In this document: piece by piece, positions 1-13,425 of the stretch
How positions within the stretch are numbered: position 1 is the stretch's first letter
Layout: every line of letters begins with the position of its first letter
Sequence record: NC_012575.1
Length of the DNA: 32,000 nucleotides
Direction: 5' to 3' (one strand)
Notes under the pieces: generated by a model
Seen by the model: the letters and a program-made list of their open reading frames with translations, nothing else
Databases searched by the model: none
What the model was told of the DNA's origin: nothing
Position numbers and translations under genes: made by a program

Positions 1-24
1 AATCAAAAGTTCCAAAGAAAAATA

Positions 25-279
25 TTATGTGACTTTCGAAGTCCCAGGTCCTTTTTCTTTATTACGTAAACGATATGTAATACGCCCTTTTGTTAAATCA
101 TATGGTGTGAGTTCCACAACAACACGATCTCCTAAAAGGATTTTAATAGAATTTCGACGAATTTTTCCCGAAATATGAGCAAGTACTTGGAATCCATTTT
201 CAAGTTCAACTTGAAACATTGCATTAGGAAGGGATTCAATTACTGTACCTTCCATTTCAATAAGTTCGCGATCAGCCAT
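25..279 (-). CDS. infA: translation initiation factor IF-1
   Basis: 84-aa [73 protein letters not shown] is a typical IF-1 S1-fold sequence. It lies downstream of rps8, as in plastid spc-type clusters. Confidence 0.93.
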
Positions 280-282
280 ATA

Positions 283-651
283 TTACCAAAGGTAACAAAG
301 CACTTCACCACCAATACCTAAGGCACGTGCTTTCTTCTCAGTCATAATTCCTTGAGATGTTGAAATAATAGCAATTCCCATTCCATTTAAAACGCGTGGA
401 AGTTCCTTGTGATTCACATATACACGAACCCCAGGTGTACTAACACGTTTAAATGTTTTTACTGAGCGCTTTAAAGTTACTTCAAACATTCCATTAGTTT
501 CCGGTTCAATATTTGAAAGAAAACCTTCTTGGAATAATAATTGAGCAATATTTCGCGTTACTCTTGTTGCACGTAAGGCAACTGAAGTTTTGTTTGCAAG
601 CTGTGCATTACGTAAACGCGTAAGCATATCTGCAATTGTGTCATTAATCAT
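283..651 (-). CDS. rps8: ribosomal protein S8
   Basis: 122-aa ORF beginning MINDTIADMLTRLRNAQLA, the conserved S8 N-terminus. Its stop lies 3 nt before the infA start. Confidence 0.93.
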   Translation of the reverse strand: MINDTIADMLTRLRNAQLANKTSVALRATRVTRNIAQLLFQEGFLSNIEPETNGMFEVTLKRSVKTFKRVSTPGVRVYVNHKELPRVLNGMGIAIISTSQGIMTEKKARALGIGGEVLCYLW

Positions 652-702
652 AACATTTCCTCAAATGAGTATTTCACACAAGTTTGCTCTTGTGTTATCA
701 AA

Positions 703-1257
703 TTACTTAGTTGCTTTTTCACGGAATGGCATTCCAAGTTCTTTTAAAAGAGCTTTTCCTTCCTGATCCGTTTGTGAACTTGTCACAATTGCAATATCCA
801 TTCCACGAATTTGATCAATTGTATCGTAACTTAATTCAGGGAACATTAATTGTTCATCTAAACCAATGTTAAAATTCCCTTGACCATCAAATCCTTTTGG
901 ATTAATTCCTTGGAAATCACGAATACGTGGAAGAGCAAGATTTACAAGTCGATCAAAGAATGCATACATGCGATCTCCACGTAATGTTACTGAGAGCCCA
1001 ATTGGCATATCTTCACGGATTTGGAAACCAGCAATAGCTTTTTTAGAACGCTTCACGACAGGTGCTTGACCTGCTAATACAGTAAGCTCATTCGATAATG
1101 ATTCGAGAAGTTTAGCATTCTGTGAAGCATCTCCTACACCTCGGTTAATAACAATTTTTTCAAGGCGTGGAATTTCGTGCGTGTTTTTATATTGGAATTG
1201 TTCCGTAAGTGTGTCACGCACCTTTGTTAAATACAAATTTTGAAGGCGTTGAATCAT
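703..1257 (-). CDS. rpl5: ribosomal protein L5
   Basis: 184-aa ORF with L5 motifs ([33 protein letters not shown]). Position between rpl14 and rps8. Confidence 0.92.
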
Positions 1258-1271
1258 AAGAGATAAGAGAT

Positions 1272-1631
1272 TTAAAGAACCTCAGGGGCAAGGGAAACAA
1301 TTTTCATGAAATCACGTTCACGTAATTCACGTGCAATTGGTCCAAATACACGTGTTCCACGTGGGTTCCCCTCTTTATTAATAATTACGGCAGCGTTTTC
1401 ATCAAAACGAATGGACATACCATTTTCGCGTTGTACTGTGTGTGCAGTACGTACAACAACAGCACGAACAACGTCAGATCGTTTCACTGGCATATTTGGT
1501 AATGCTTCTTTTACAACAGCAATGATTACATCACCAATGTTTGCATATTGTCGATTTAATACGCGGATACACATAAGTTTACGTGCACCACTGTTATCGG
1601 CAACCTCAAGATAAGTTTGTGGTTGAATCAT
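1272..1631 (-). CDS. rpl14: ribosomal protein L14
   Basis: 119-aa [28 protein letters not shown], the canonical L14 N-terminus. Confidence 0.95.
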
Positions 1632-1679
1632 GGGAATTAAACAGTCATTAAGGAGAAATAGGTAAGCTTACTTAAAAAA

Positions 1680-2099
1680 TTAAGCTTCAAATCCCTCGCG
1701 GATAATAAATTTTGTTTTTACAGGCATTTTGTATGCTGCAATACGCATTGATGAACGAGCAACAGCTTCAGATACACCACGCATTTCGTATAAGATTTTC
1801 CCTGGTTTTACAACAGCTACCCAGTAATCAGGTGCTCCTTTTCCAGCTCCCATACGTGTTTCTGCAGCACGAGCTGTAATAGATTTATCTGGGAATACAC
1901 GAATCCAGAGTTTCCCACCACGTCGAGCATAACGACTCATGGCACGACGGCCAGCTTCGATTTGACGTGAAGTGATCCATCCAGGTTCAAGGGCTTGAAG
2001 ACCAAAATCTCCGAAGGAAATTTTGTTTCCACGCATTGCTTGACCTTTTAAACGCCCACGGTGAGGCTTACGATATTTTGTTCGTTTTGGACTTAGCAT
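1680..2099 (-). CDS. rpl16: ribosomal protein L16
   Basis: 139-aa [24 protein letters not shown], the canonical L16 start. No intron. Its start overlaps the rps3 stop by 7 nt. Confidence 0.95.
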
Positions 2100-2728
2100 T
2101 TGTTATCTCCCTTACAAACCCAGACTTTAATACCTAAGATCCCATACACTGTAAGTGCACGAGCTGTGGCATAATCAATGTCTGCACTAATAGTGTGTAA
2201 TGGTACACGTCCTTCACGTGCCCACTCACTTCGTGCAATTTCAGCACCATTTAAACGACCAGCAATTTGTACTTTAATACCAACAGCACCAGCTTTTTGT
2301 GCACTACGAAGTGCTTGACGAATAGTTCGACGGAATGGTGCACGTTTTTCTAATTGCATTGCAATATTTTCTGCAATACACACTGCATCCACTTCTGGTT
2401 GTACTGTTTTTGTTACGTATAAAGCTACACTACGGTGAGCTGGAAGTTTTGCCTTTAATGCTTCACGCACTTTTACTAAGGCTTCCCCTTTTGCACCTAC
2501 AAGGGCACGAGGGCGGGCTGTGAAAAATTCGATCTCGATACGATCGACTTGGCGAGAAATATTAACACGTGAGATGCTTGCATCAGTAAGATTTTTTGCA
2601 ACATAATCACGGATAATAAGATCTTCTTTAACCAAGTTGGCATAATCTTTTGGTTTTGCGAACCATTGCGAACGGTGTGTTTGTGTCACACCAATTCGGA
2701 ATCCAAGAGGATGAACTTTTTGACCCAT
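2093..2728 (-). CDS. rps3: ribosomal protein S3
   Basis: 211-aa [27 protein letters not shown], the canonical S3 N-terminus. Confidence 0.94.
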
Positions 2729-2771
2729 AGTATTTTTCTATTTCAAAATCAACACCACGCACATTAAGAAC

Positions 2772-3050
2772 TTAACGGCGAGATTTTTTGTCAGTTTTTA
2801 CATGACCACGGAATGTACGTGTAGGAGCAAATTCACCTAATTTATGTCCAACCATTTGGTCAGTAACAAAAACTGGAATGTGCTCAAGACCATTGTGCAC
2901 AGCAATTGTGTGTCCAATCATAATTGGAGTAATAGTAGAACCACGTGACCAGGTCTGGATAACCGATTTTTCACCTTTTGCATGTAACGCTTCAATCTTT
3001 TTCATAAGTTTGTGCGCTACAAAAGGACCTTTTTTAAGAGAACGAGCCAT
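2772..3050 (-). CDS. rps19: ribosomal protein S19
   Basis: 92-aa [23 protein letters not shown]...[38 protein letters not shown], typical S19. Confidence 0.95.
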
Positions 3051-3065
3051 AAGATATAAAAAGAT

Positions 3066-3899
3066 TTATGAAACTTTTCGTCGGCGAAGAATAAGACTAT
3101 CGCTGTACTTTTTGCGTGCACGTGTCTTACGACCAAGTGCAGGTTTTCCCCAAGGTGTCATTGGTTGTGAACGACCCACAGGGCATCGTCCTTCACCACC
3201 ACCATGTGGGTGATCTACTGGGTTCATTACACTTCCGCGTACAGTTGGACGCTTTCCAAGCCAACGTGAACGACCCGCTTTACCCATAGAAAGGTTCATC
3301 ACCTCACTATTACCAACTTGGCCAATAGTTGCCCAACATTGGTTATTTAAAAGACGAACCTCTCCCGATGGAAGACGTACTGTTACGAAATCACCTTCTT
3401 TTGCAACAAGTTGAGCAACTCCACCCGCAGAACGAACGAGTTGTCCACCTTTTTTAGGGTGTACTTCAATATTATGAATCTGTACTCCTAAAGGCATTGC
3501 AGCAAGTGGAAGTGAATTTCCAATAGAGTTTGGTGCCTCAGTACTTGCAATAATATTATCCCCAACTTTTAAACCAGTTGGTTGAAGAATATAACGTTTT
3601 TCACCATCATCGTATTGAACAAGAGCAATACGAGCATTACGGTTTGGGTCATATTCAATTGTAAGTACTTGAGCATTCATGTCGTACTTATTACGACGGA
3701 AATCAATTTGACGATATAAACGTTTGTGTCCACCACCACGGTGACGGCACGTAATTACACCACGATTATTACGCCCTTTTGCACGATGAAAAGAGCGTGT
3801 TAAAGACTTTTCTGGGCGAGTCTTACTTAATTCTGTACAATCCGCTACGGAACGGTGACGCGTTCCCGGAGTATATGCTTTGTAAAAACGAAGAGCCAT
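3066..3899 (-). CDS. rpl2: ribosomal protein L2, intronless
   Basis: L2 motifs are present ([31 protein letters not shown]). I place the start at ATG 3899. The track ORF starts at an upstream TTG (3908) that would overlap rpl23. With the ATG, the rpl23 stop TAA is 1 nt upstream. Confidence 0.93.
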
Positions 3900-3900
3900 A

Positions 3901-4164
3901 TTAATCAAAAATAGGTAATGAGTCTCCAGATTTTAAGCGAATGATGGCGCGCTTTGTTCGAGGGCGAACACCACCAAATGCTGATTTCTTTCGTGGGAGA
4001 CGATGTGTGTTCACTGAAATAACCTGTACATCATAAAGATCTTCTACAAGAGCTTTAATGTCGGTCTTTTTAAGATGTACATCCACATCAAACGTATAGC
4101 GCTCTGACTCAAGAAGCGTTGTCGATTTTTGAGTTACAATCACGCGTTTAATGAAGTCAATCAT
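3901..4164 (-). CDS. rpl23: ribosomal protein L23
   Basis: 87-aa ORF with an L23-like sequence ([41 protein letters not shown]). It is the first gene of the cluster, directly upstream of rpl2. Confidence 0.88.
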
Positions 4165-4376
4165 AAGCGTTAGGTTCCATCAGGAAGCAATAAAATAAGC
4201 AAGTAAAAAATAAGTGTTATACAACACACTATGAAAAAATGTAGCAGTCTACAAATTGTATAATGCACACATTTTTTTTCTTATGATAATTTGATTAACT
4301 CTTTATTTTATAGATGAAACACACATTTTAGGTATAAAATAATTGCTTTAAACATATTTTATATTTATCCTAACTA

Positions 4377-4460
4377 TACACTGACCCGGATTTGAACCGG
4401 GAAATGTTCATTGAACGACGAGTTATGAGCTCGCTGCATTAACCCTTCTGCCATCAGTGC
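4377..4460 (-). tRNA. CAU-anticodon tRNA with a long (16-nt) variable arm. The best guess is a lysidine-type tRNA-Ile(CAU) carrying an extra-arm insertion.
   Basis: The minus strand folds as follows:
- Acceptor GCACTGA/TCAGTGT (G1-U72 wobble), then U8 G9.
- D arm GCAG-AAGGGTTA-ATGC, then A26.
- Anticodon stem GCGAG/CTCGT, loop CTCATAA.
- Variable region CGTTCAATGAACATTT (GTTC-AAT-GAAC hairpin).
- T arm CCCGG-TTCAAAT-CCGGG, discriminator A. Total 84 nt.

The 5' half resembles the plastid trnI(CAU) as I remember it (GCATCCATGGCTGAATGGTTAAAGC...CTCATAA). Confidence 0.7.
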
Positions 4461-4569
4461 CAATTATGAATATTTTAATTATTATAGCGTGAATTAATTA
4501 TTATTTAAAATTTCTTTTGAAAACCCCTTTTAATAAAATCCATATTAAGATAATATGAATATAAGAAGA

Positions 4570-4641
4570 GGCTCGGTAGCTTAGTGGTAGAGCAGGGGAC
4601 TCATAATCCCAAGGTCACAGGTTCAATCCCCGTTCGAGCCA
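4570..4641 (+). tRNA. trnM: tRNA-Met(CAU), elongator type
   Basis: GGCTCGGTAGCTTAGTGGTAGAGCAGGGGACTCATAATCCCAAGGTCACAGGTTCAATCCCCGTTCGAGCCA. The 1-72 pair is G-C, so it is not initiator-like. The variable and T arm GGTCACAGGTTC.A.TCCCGT matches the bacterial elongator tRNA-Met pattern. Ile(CAU) is not fully excluded. Confidence 0.75.
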
Positions 4642-4944
4642 AGTTTAATTTACTAGAAAAAATAAAACCTATTTTTATATTATTAGTTTACTTTTTAAGT
4701 AGAAATTTAGTCTTTTAATAAAAAAGATAAAAAAATATGTTTTTTTATAAAAAACATGGGTTGAATGTCTAACAATTCTAGGCAGATTGAATTGAAAATG
4801 TTAATATATATGTAGTTCGATGTTTTATTAAATAACACCGAACCGGCTTACTCAACAAATTAGATTCAACTCGTTGTTTTTTTAATCCAATGAAAATGTA
4901 TTTTGTGCATTCATGAATCTAAGTTAGACTAAGCTTTGAATAAA

Positions 4945-4966
4945 AAATCTAAAATATTTTAGATTT
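4945..4966. promoter_or_regulatory. 22-nt perfect palindrome in the psbZ 5' leader
   Basis: AAATCTAAAAT|ATTTTAGATTT has 11 consecutive complementary pairs with no spacer. It ends 20 nt upstream of the psbZ ATG (4987). Confidence 0.4.
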
Positions 4967-4986
4967 ACTTTACGCACATCGATTTT

Positions 4987-5175
4987 ATGCTTGTTATTTT
5001 CCAACTTACACTTCTTGCTTTTATTGGACTTTCATTAGCTCTTGTTGTTGGAGTACCAGTACTCCTTGCGTCACCTGAAGGATGGGCACAATCAAAAGGT
5101 CTTGTATTATCAGGATCTGCACTTTGGATGCTTTTAGTATTCGTAGTTGGAGCACTTAACTCTTTTGTATCGTAA
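4987..5175 (+). CDS. psbZ: photosystem II protein Z (Ycf9)
   Basis: 62-aa [65 protein letters not shown]. It has the two-helix layout and the conserved ASP.GW and LN motifs of PsbZ. Confidence 0.9.
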
Positions 5176-5194
5176 TACTAAGTATGTTAATACT

Positions 5195-5226
5195 CATGAG
5201 GTGTATCTTTAAAGATACACTTCATG
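5195..5226. terminator. 3' stem-loop after psbZ (16-bp stem with one G-U)
   Basis: CATGAGGTGTATCTTT|AAAGATACACTTCATG. The core 5201-5220 is a perfect 20-nt palindrome. It starts 20 nt after the psbZ stop. Confidence 0.45.
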
Positions 5227-5325
5227 CTCCCTTTTTTTTATATATAAGTGCAAAGACCTCGTCTGCCCGCTACACACTCATGTTGAAATGAAAGTTGGCT
5301 AATCTATTAAATTGTTTCTTTGTTT

Positions 5326-5853
5326 ATGAAAAATCCTTTTTCTCTTGTTGTCTCTTTCTTTGGTTGGATTTTCGATCGTACGTTACTTATCTTTGAACTT
5401 TCAGTAGATCTTACGCTTAGTGTTTTAGATAGTTTTCTAAGAGTCTTTCGTATTCTTTATGAAATTCTAGAATATATGATTTACTATCGTACATTACAAC
5501 CTCCCCGTGATGTCTGGGAATATGGTGGTTTTAGCTATATTGCAAATACACTTATTCTTGGTTATATCGGATTAGTTCTTATTCTGAATTTTTTCGCCTT
5601 TTTTCCAATTGTTCCAGAGACCATTAATAAAATTGCTAATTATTTTGCAGCGCATGAACGTCAATATATTTCAGCATTTATTTTATTATTATTTGTTCTT
5701 CCAAAACAACGAATTCTTCGAGATCCTGTGACTCGTAAGTTTTTTCGACGTGGTTGGTTTAAAGATTATGGAAGTGCATATCTTTTTACAAAATATTTAT
5801 CATTTCTATTTATTATTTTGTGTCTTTGTGGAATTTTTATTCATCCAGGTTAA
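5326..5853 (+). CDS. hypothetical multi-pass membrane protein (orphan plastid ORF)
   Basis: 175 codons from ATG 5326; the track starts at TTG 5320. Codon choice (cgt, ggt, ctt, tta, att) matches the neighbouring genes. Several hydrophobic segments are present (FSLVVSFFGWIF, ANTLILGYIGLVLILNFFAFFPIV, ISAFILLLFVL, YLSFLFIILCLCGIFI). I recognise no conserved ycf or photosynthesis family. Confidence 0.55.
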   Translation: MKNPFSLVVSFFGWIFDRTLLIFELSVDLTLSVLDSFLRVFRILYEILEYMIYYRTLQPPRDVWEYGGFSYIANTLILGYIGLVLILNFFAFFPIVPETINKIANYFAAHERQYISAFILLLFVLPKQRILRDPVTRKFFRRGWFKDYGSAYLFTKYLSFLFIILCLCGIFIHPG

Positions 5854-5886
5854 TTTTTTATCTTTTAATTATAGAGGAAAGAAATA

Positions 5887-5911
5887 TCCATCCTCTACAA
5901 GAGAGGATGGA
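5887..5911. terminator. Shared 3' stem-loop between the convergent orphan ORF and psbA
   Basis: TCCATCCTCT-acaag-AGAGGATGGA, a 10-bp stem with a 5-nt loop. It lies 34 nt after the ORF stop and 44 nt after the psbA stop. Confidence 0.5.
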
Positions 5912-5954
5912 CACTAAGTTATTTTACCTAAAGGTAAAGATACTTAAAACTTGA

Positions 5955-7046
<1,092 letters not shown>

Positions 7047-7106
7047 TTACACAATCCACATCAATGATGTTTAGACCTGTTATCAATTAGTTTACCATAG
7101 CTCCTC

Positions 7107-7122
7107 CCTGTACCGGTACAGG
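7107..7122. repeat. 16-nt perfect palindrome between rrf and psbA
   Basis: CCTGTACC|GGTACAGG. It lies about 190 nt downstream of the 5S 3' end and about 90 nt upstream of the psbA start. It is a GC-rich island in an A/T-rich spacer. Confidence 0.35.
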
Positions 7123-7311
7123 CTGTGAAAAAAAAATAAAAAAAAATATCTTTTTATTATAAAAAAATTAAAGAGTCTTCAAGTAGAGAAAACTCTTCAA
7201 TTTAAGAAATTTATATAGAAAAATATCTCCTATTAAAAATAGAAGAAATATTTAATAGATAGTATTCAAAGTATGAGAATACCCTAAGGTATTCTTATTA
7301 GTATATATATA

Positions 7312-7431
7312 TTCTTGGCATCGATATGTTTTCAGATACAGCTACCCGTATCCTATCGTTATCTCAAAGGCCTTTCACCACGCAGTTCGGAAAGGGATGC
7401 TGTGTCTCGACCTCGACGAAGACACCAAGAA
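7312..7431 (-). rRNA. rrf: 5S ribosomal RNA
   Basis: The minus strand reads TTCTTGGTGTC...GACACAGCATCCCTTTCCGAACTGCGTGGTGAAAGG...GATGCCAAGAA. The 5' and 3' ends pair as helix I, and a CCGAAC-type loop C motif is present. About 120 nt, roughly 58 nt downstream of the 23S. Ends are approximate. Confidence 0.85.
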
Positions 7432-7489
7432 AAAGAACCACGTATGCAAAAGTTGCAGCTGTGGTTCAGAGTAGTAAAAATGGTATACA

Positions 7490-10375
<2,886 letters not shown>

Positions 10376-10436
10376 TTTTGTTTTATGTGTAGAAATAACC
10401 ACAATTCTAATTGACCTTTTAAATTAAAGGCTTGGC

Positions 10437-10509
10437 TGGAGGTAAGCGGACTCGAACCGCTGGCGTCTGCCTTGCAAAGGCAGCGCTCTACCAACTGAGC
10501 TATACCCCC
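10437..10509 (-). tRNA. trnA: tRNA-Ala(UGC), intronless
   Basis: Minus strand GGGGGTATAGCTCAGTTGGTAGAGCGCTGCCTTTGCAAGGCAGACGCCAGCGGTTCGAGTCCGCTTACCTCCA. Located in the 16S-23S spacer. Confidence 0.96.
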
Positions 10510-10515
10510 GTGCCA

Positions 10516-10589
<74 letters not shown>

Positions 10590-10663
10590 GTAGCGTGGTG
10601 CATTTCTTCTCAAGCAATGGCAAGCCAATTGTTTTAAGAAATGCGCGCTTGTTTCATCTTTAA

Positions 10664-12155
<1,492 letters not shown>

Positions 12156-12526
12156 GTGTTTGAGAAGATTAGAAAAACTAAAGCTTCCATTCACGAGTAT
12201 AGCGTGTTGCCGAACTGGCCATGCACTTCTGCCTCTTTCACAAAGAAAAAACATTTAAGGATTGCATGAATTCGACTTGTAGAATATTGAAATTTTGGCG
12301 AAGCTGAGCATTTTCATCTGATAAAGGAGTAAAAGCTTGCACGAGCTCAGGAGTCAGCATCTCTTCTTCAACACCATATTGAATAAATAAACGCAGCAAA
12401 AATTGATTTAGCTGCTCCTAAAAACCTGAAGTAAATTGTTGGGGCGCTTATGCATGTTGCATAAATAAATCCTTTATTCTAAAAATATAATATATCTAAT
12501 TTGAATTTTTAATAAAACTTTCAGAC

Positions 12527-12546
12527 AAGGAGGGACTCGAACCCCT
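12527..12546 (-). other. tRNA-like T-arm and 3' acceptor remnant (not a complete tRNA)
   Basis: The minus strand reads AGGGGTTCGAGTCCCTCCTT, that is GGGG-TTCGAGT-CCCT with a canonical T-loop. No matching 5' acceptor or D arm exists upstream; that space holds the palindrome and the rps2 stop. Confidence 0.35.
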
Positions 12547-12550
12547 TTTG

Positions 12551-12578
12551 TTATGAGGGATTTTAAAATCCCTCATAA
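12551..12578. terminator. 28-nt perfect palindrome 3' of rps2
   Basis: TTATGAGGGATTTT|AAAATCCCTCATAA has 14 consecutive pairs with no spacer. It starts 16 nt after the rps2 stop codon (12594-12596). Confidence 0.5.
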
Positions 12579-12593
12579 ACACATTATTTTAAT

Positions 12594-13241
12594 TTAATTT
12601 GCAATTAATGATTCAAGAATAATTTCTACAGAACGTGTTGAATCATCATTCGCGGTAATCCCATATGTTGACATCGTTGGATCACAGTTTGAATCAAGTA
12701 ATGTAATTGTTGGAATCCCTAAACGCTGGCATTCATTTACAGCATTTTTTTCGTGTGGTTGCCCTACAATAACTACAAGATCAGGTAATTCAGATAAGCC
12801 ACGTAATCCACCAAAGAATTTCTCAAGGCGTGCACGTTGTTTTTTAAGTTGAAGAATAGCTTTTTTTGAAAGACCAGATGCCTTACCATCTTCACTTAAC
12901 TGCTTATCTAAACGATTTAATTTTTGAAGACACATTGACATTGTTTTCCAATTTGTAAGAAGACCACCAACCCAACGTGTACTTACATAATGCCCATTTA
13001 CTTTTTGAGCTGTAGTTTCAATAATTGGAGCAATTTGTGGACGTGTTCCTACGAATAAAACATTTTTGGCACGCTTTAAAACAGGACGGGCTTTTTCTAA
13101 ATCATCAAGTGTTTGTACAAGATCAAGAATATGTACACCATTTTTTGTTTCATGGATATACGGTGCCATTTTTGAATTCCAACGCCCTACTTGGTGACCA
13201 AAATGAACACCAGCCTCTAAAAGTGCTTCTAACTTTGTCAT
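12594..13241 (-). CDS. rps2: ribosomal protein S2
   Basis: 215-aa ORF MTKLEALLEAGVHFGHQVGRWNSKMAPYIHETKNGVHILDL, the canonical S2 N-terminal motif. It lies downstream of rpoC2, as in plastid rpoB operons. Confidence 0.93.
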   Translation of the reverse strand: MTKLEALLEAGVHFGHQVGRWNSKMAPYIHETKNGVHILDLVQTLDDLEKARPVLKRAKNVLFVGTRPQIAPIIETTAQKVNGHYVSTRWVGGLLTNWKTMSMCLQKLNRLDKQLSEDGKASGLSKKAILQLKKQRARLEKFFGGLRGLSELPDLVVIVGQPHEKNAVNECQRLGIPTITLLDSNCDPTMSTYGITANDDSTRSVEIILESLIAN

Positions 13242-13425
13242 AATAAAATTTTAAAATAAAAATAAATTAACATTCACGAAAGCTATAATATATAAATTTT
13301 TAGCTTAGATGTCCAAATCATAGCATAAAACAAAAAGACTGTATATGTTAGACAATTATTAACCTTTGCCACCTCAAAAATAGAGATGGCAATAAAATGG
13401 AACAAGTTAAACGATAAGTAAAATA

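Noticed and set aside
4377-4460. Reading the long-arm CAU tRNA as a Leu/Tyr-type tRNA, implying AUG or AUA codon reassignment.
   Set aside because: This is not adopted as the primary call. Conserved Met positions in psbA and tufA all use ATG normally. The 5' half looks like trnI(CAU), so an arm insertion is simpler. It is kept as an alternative to test.
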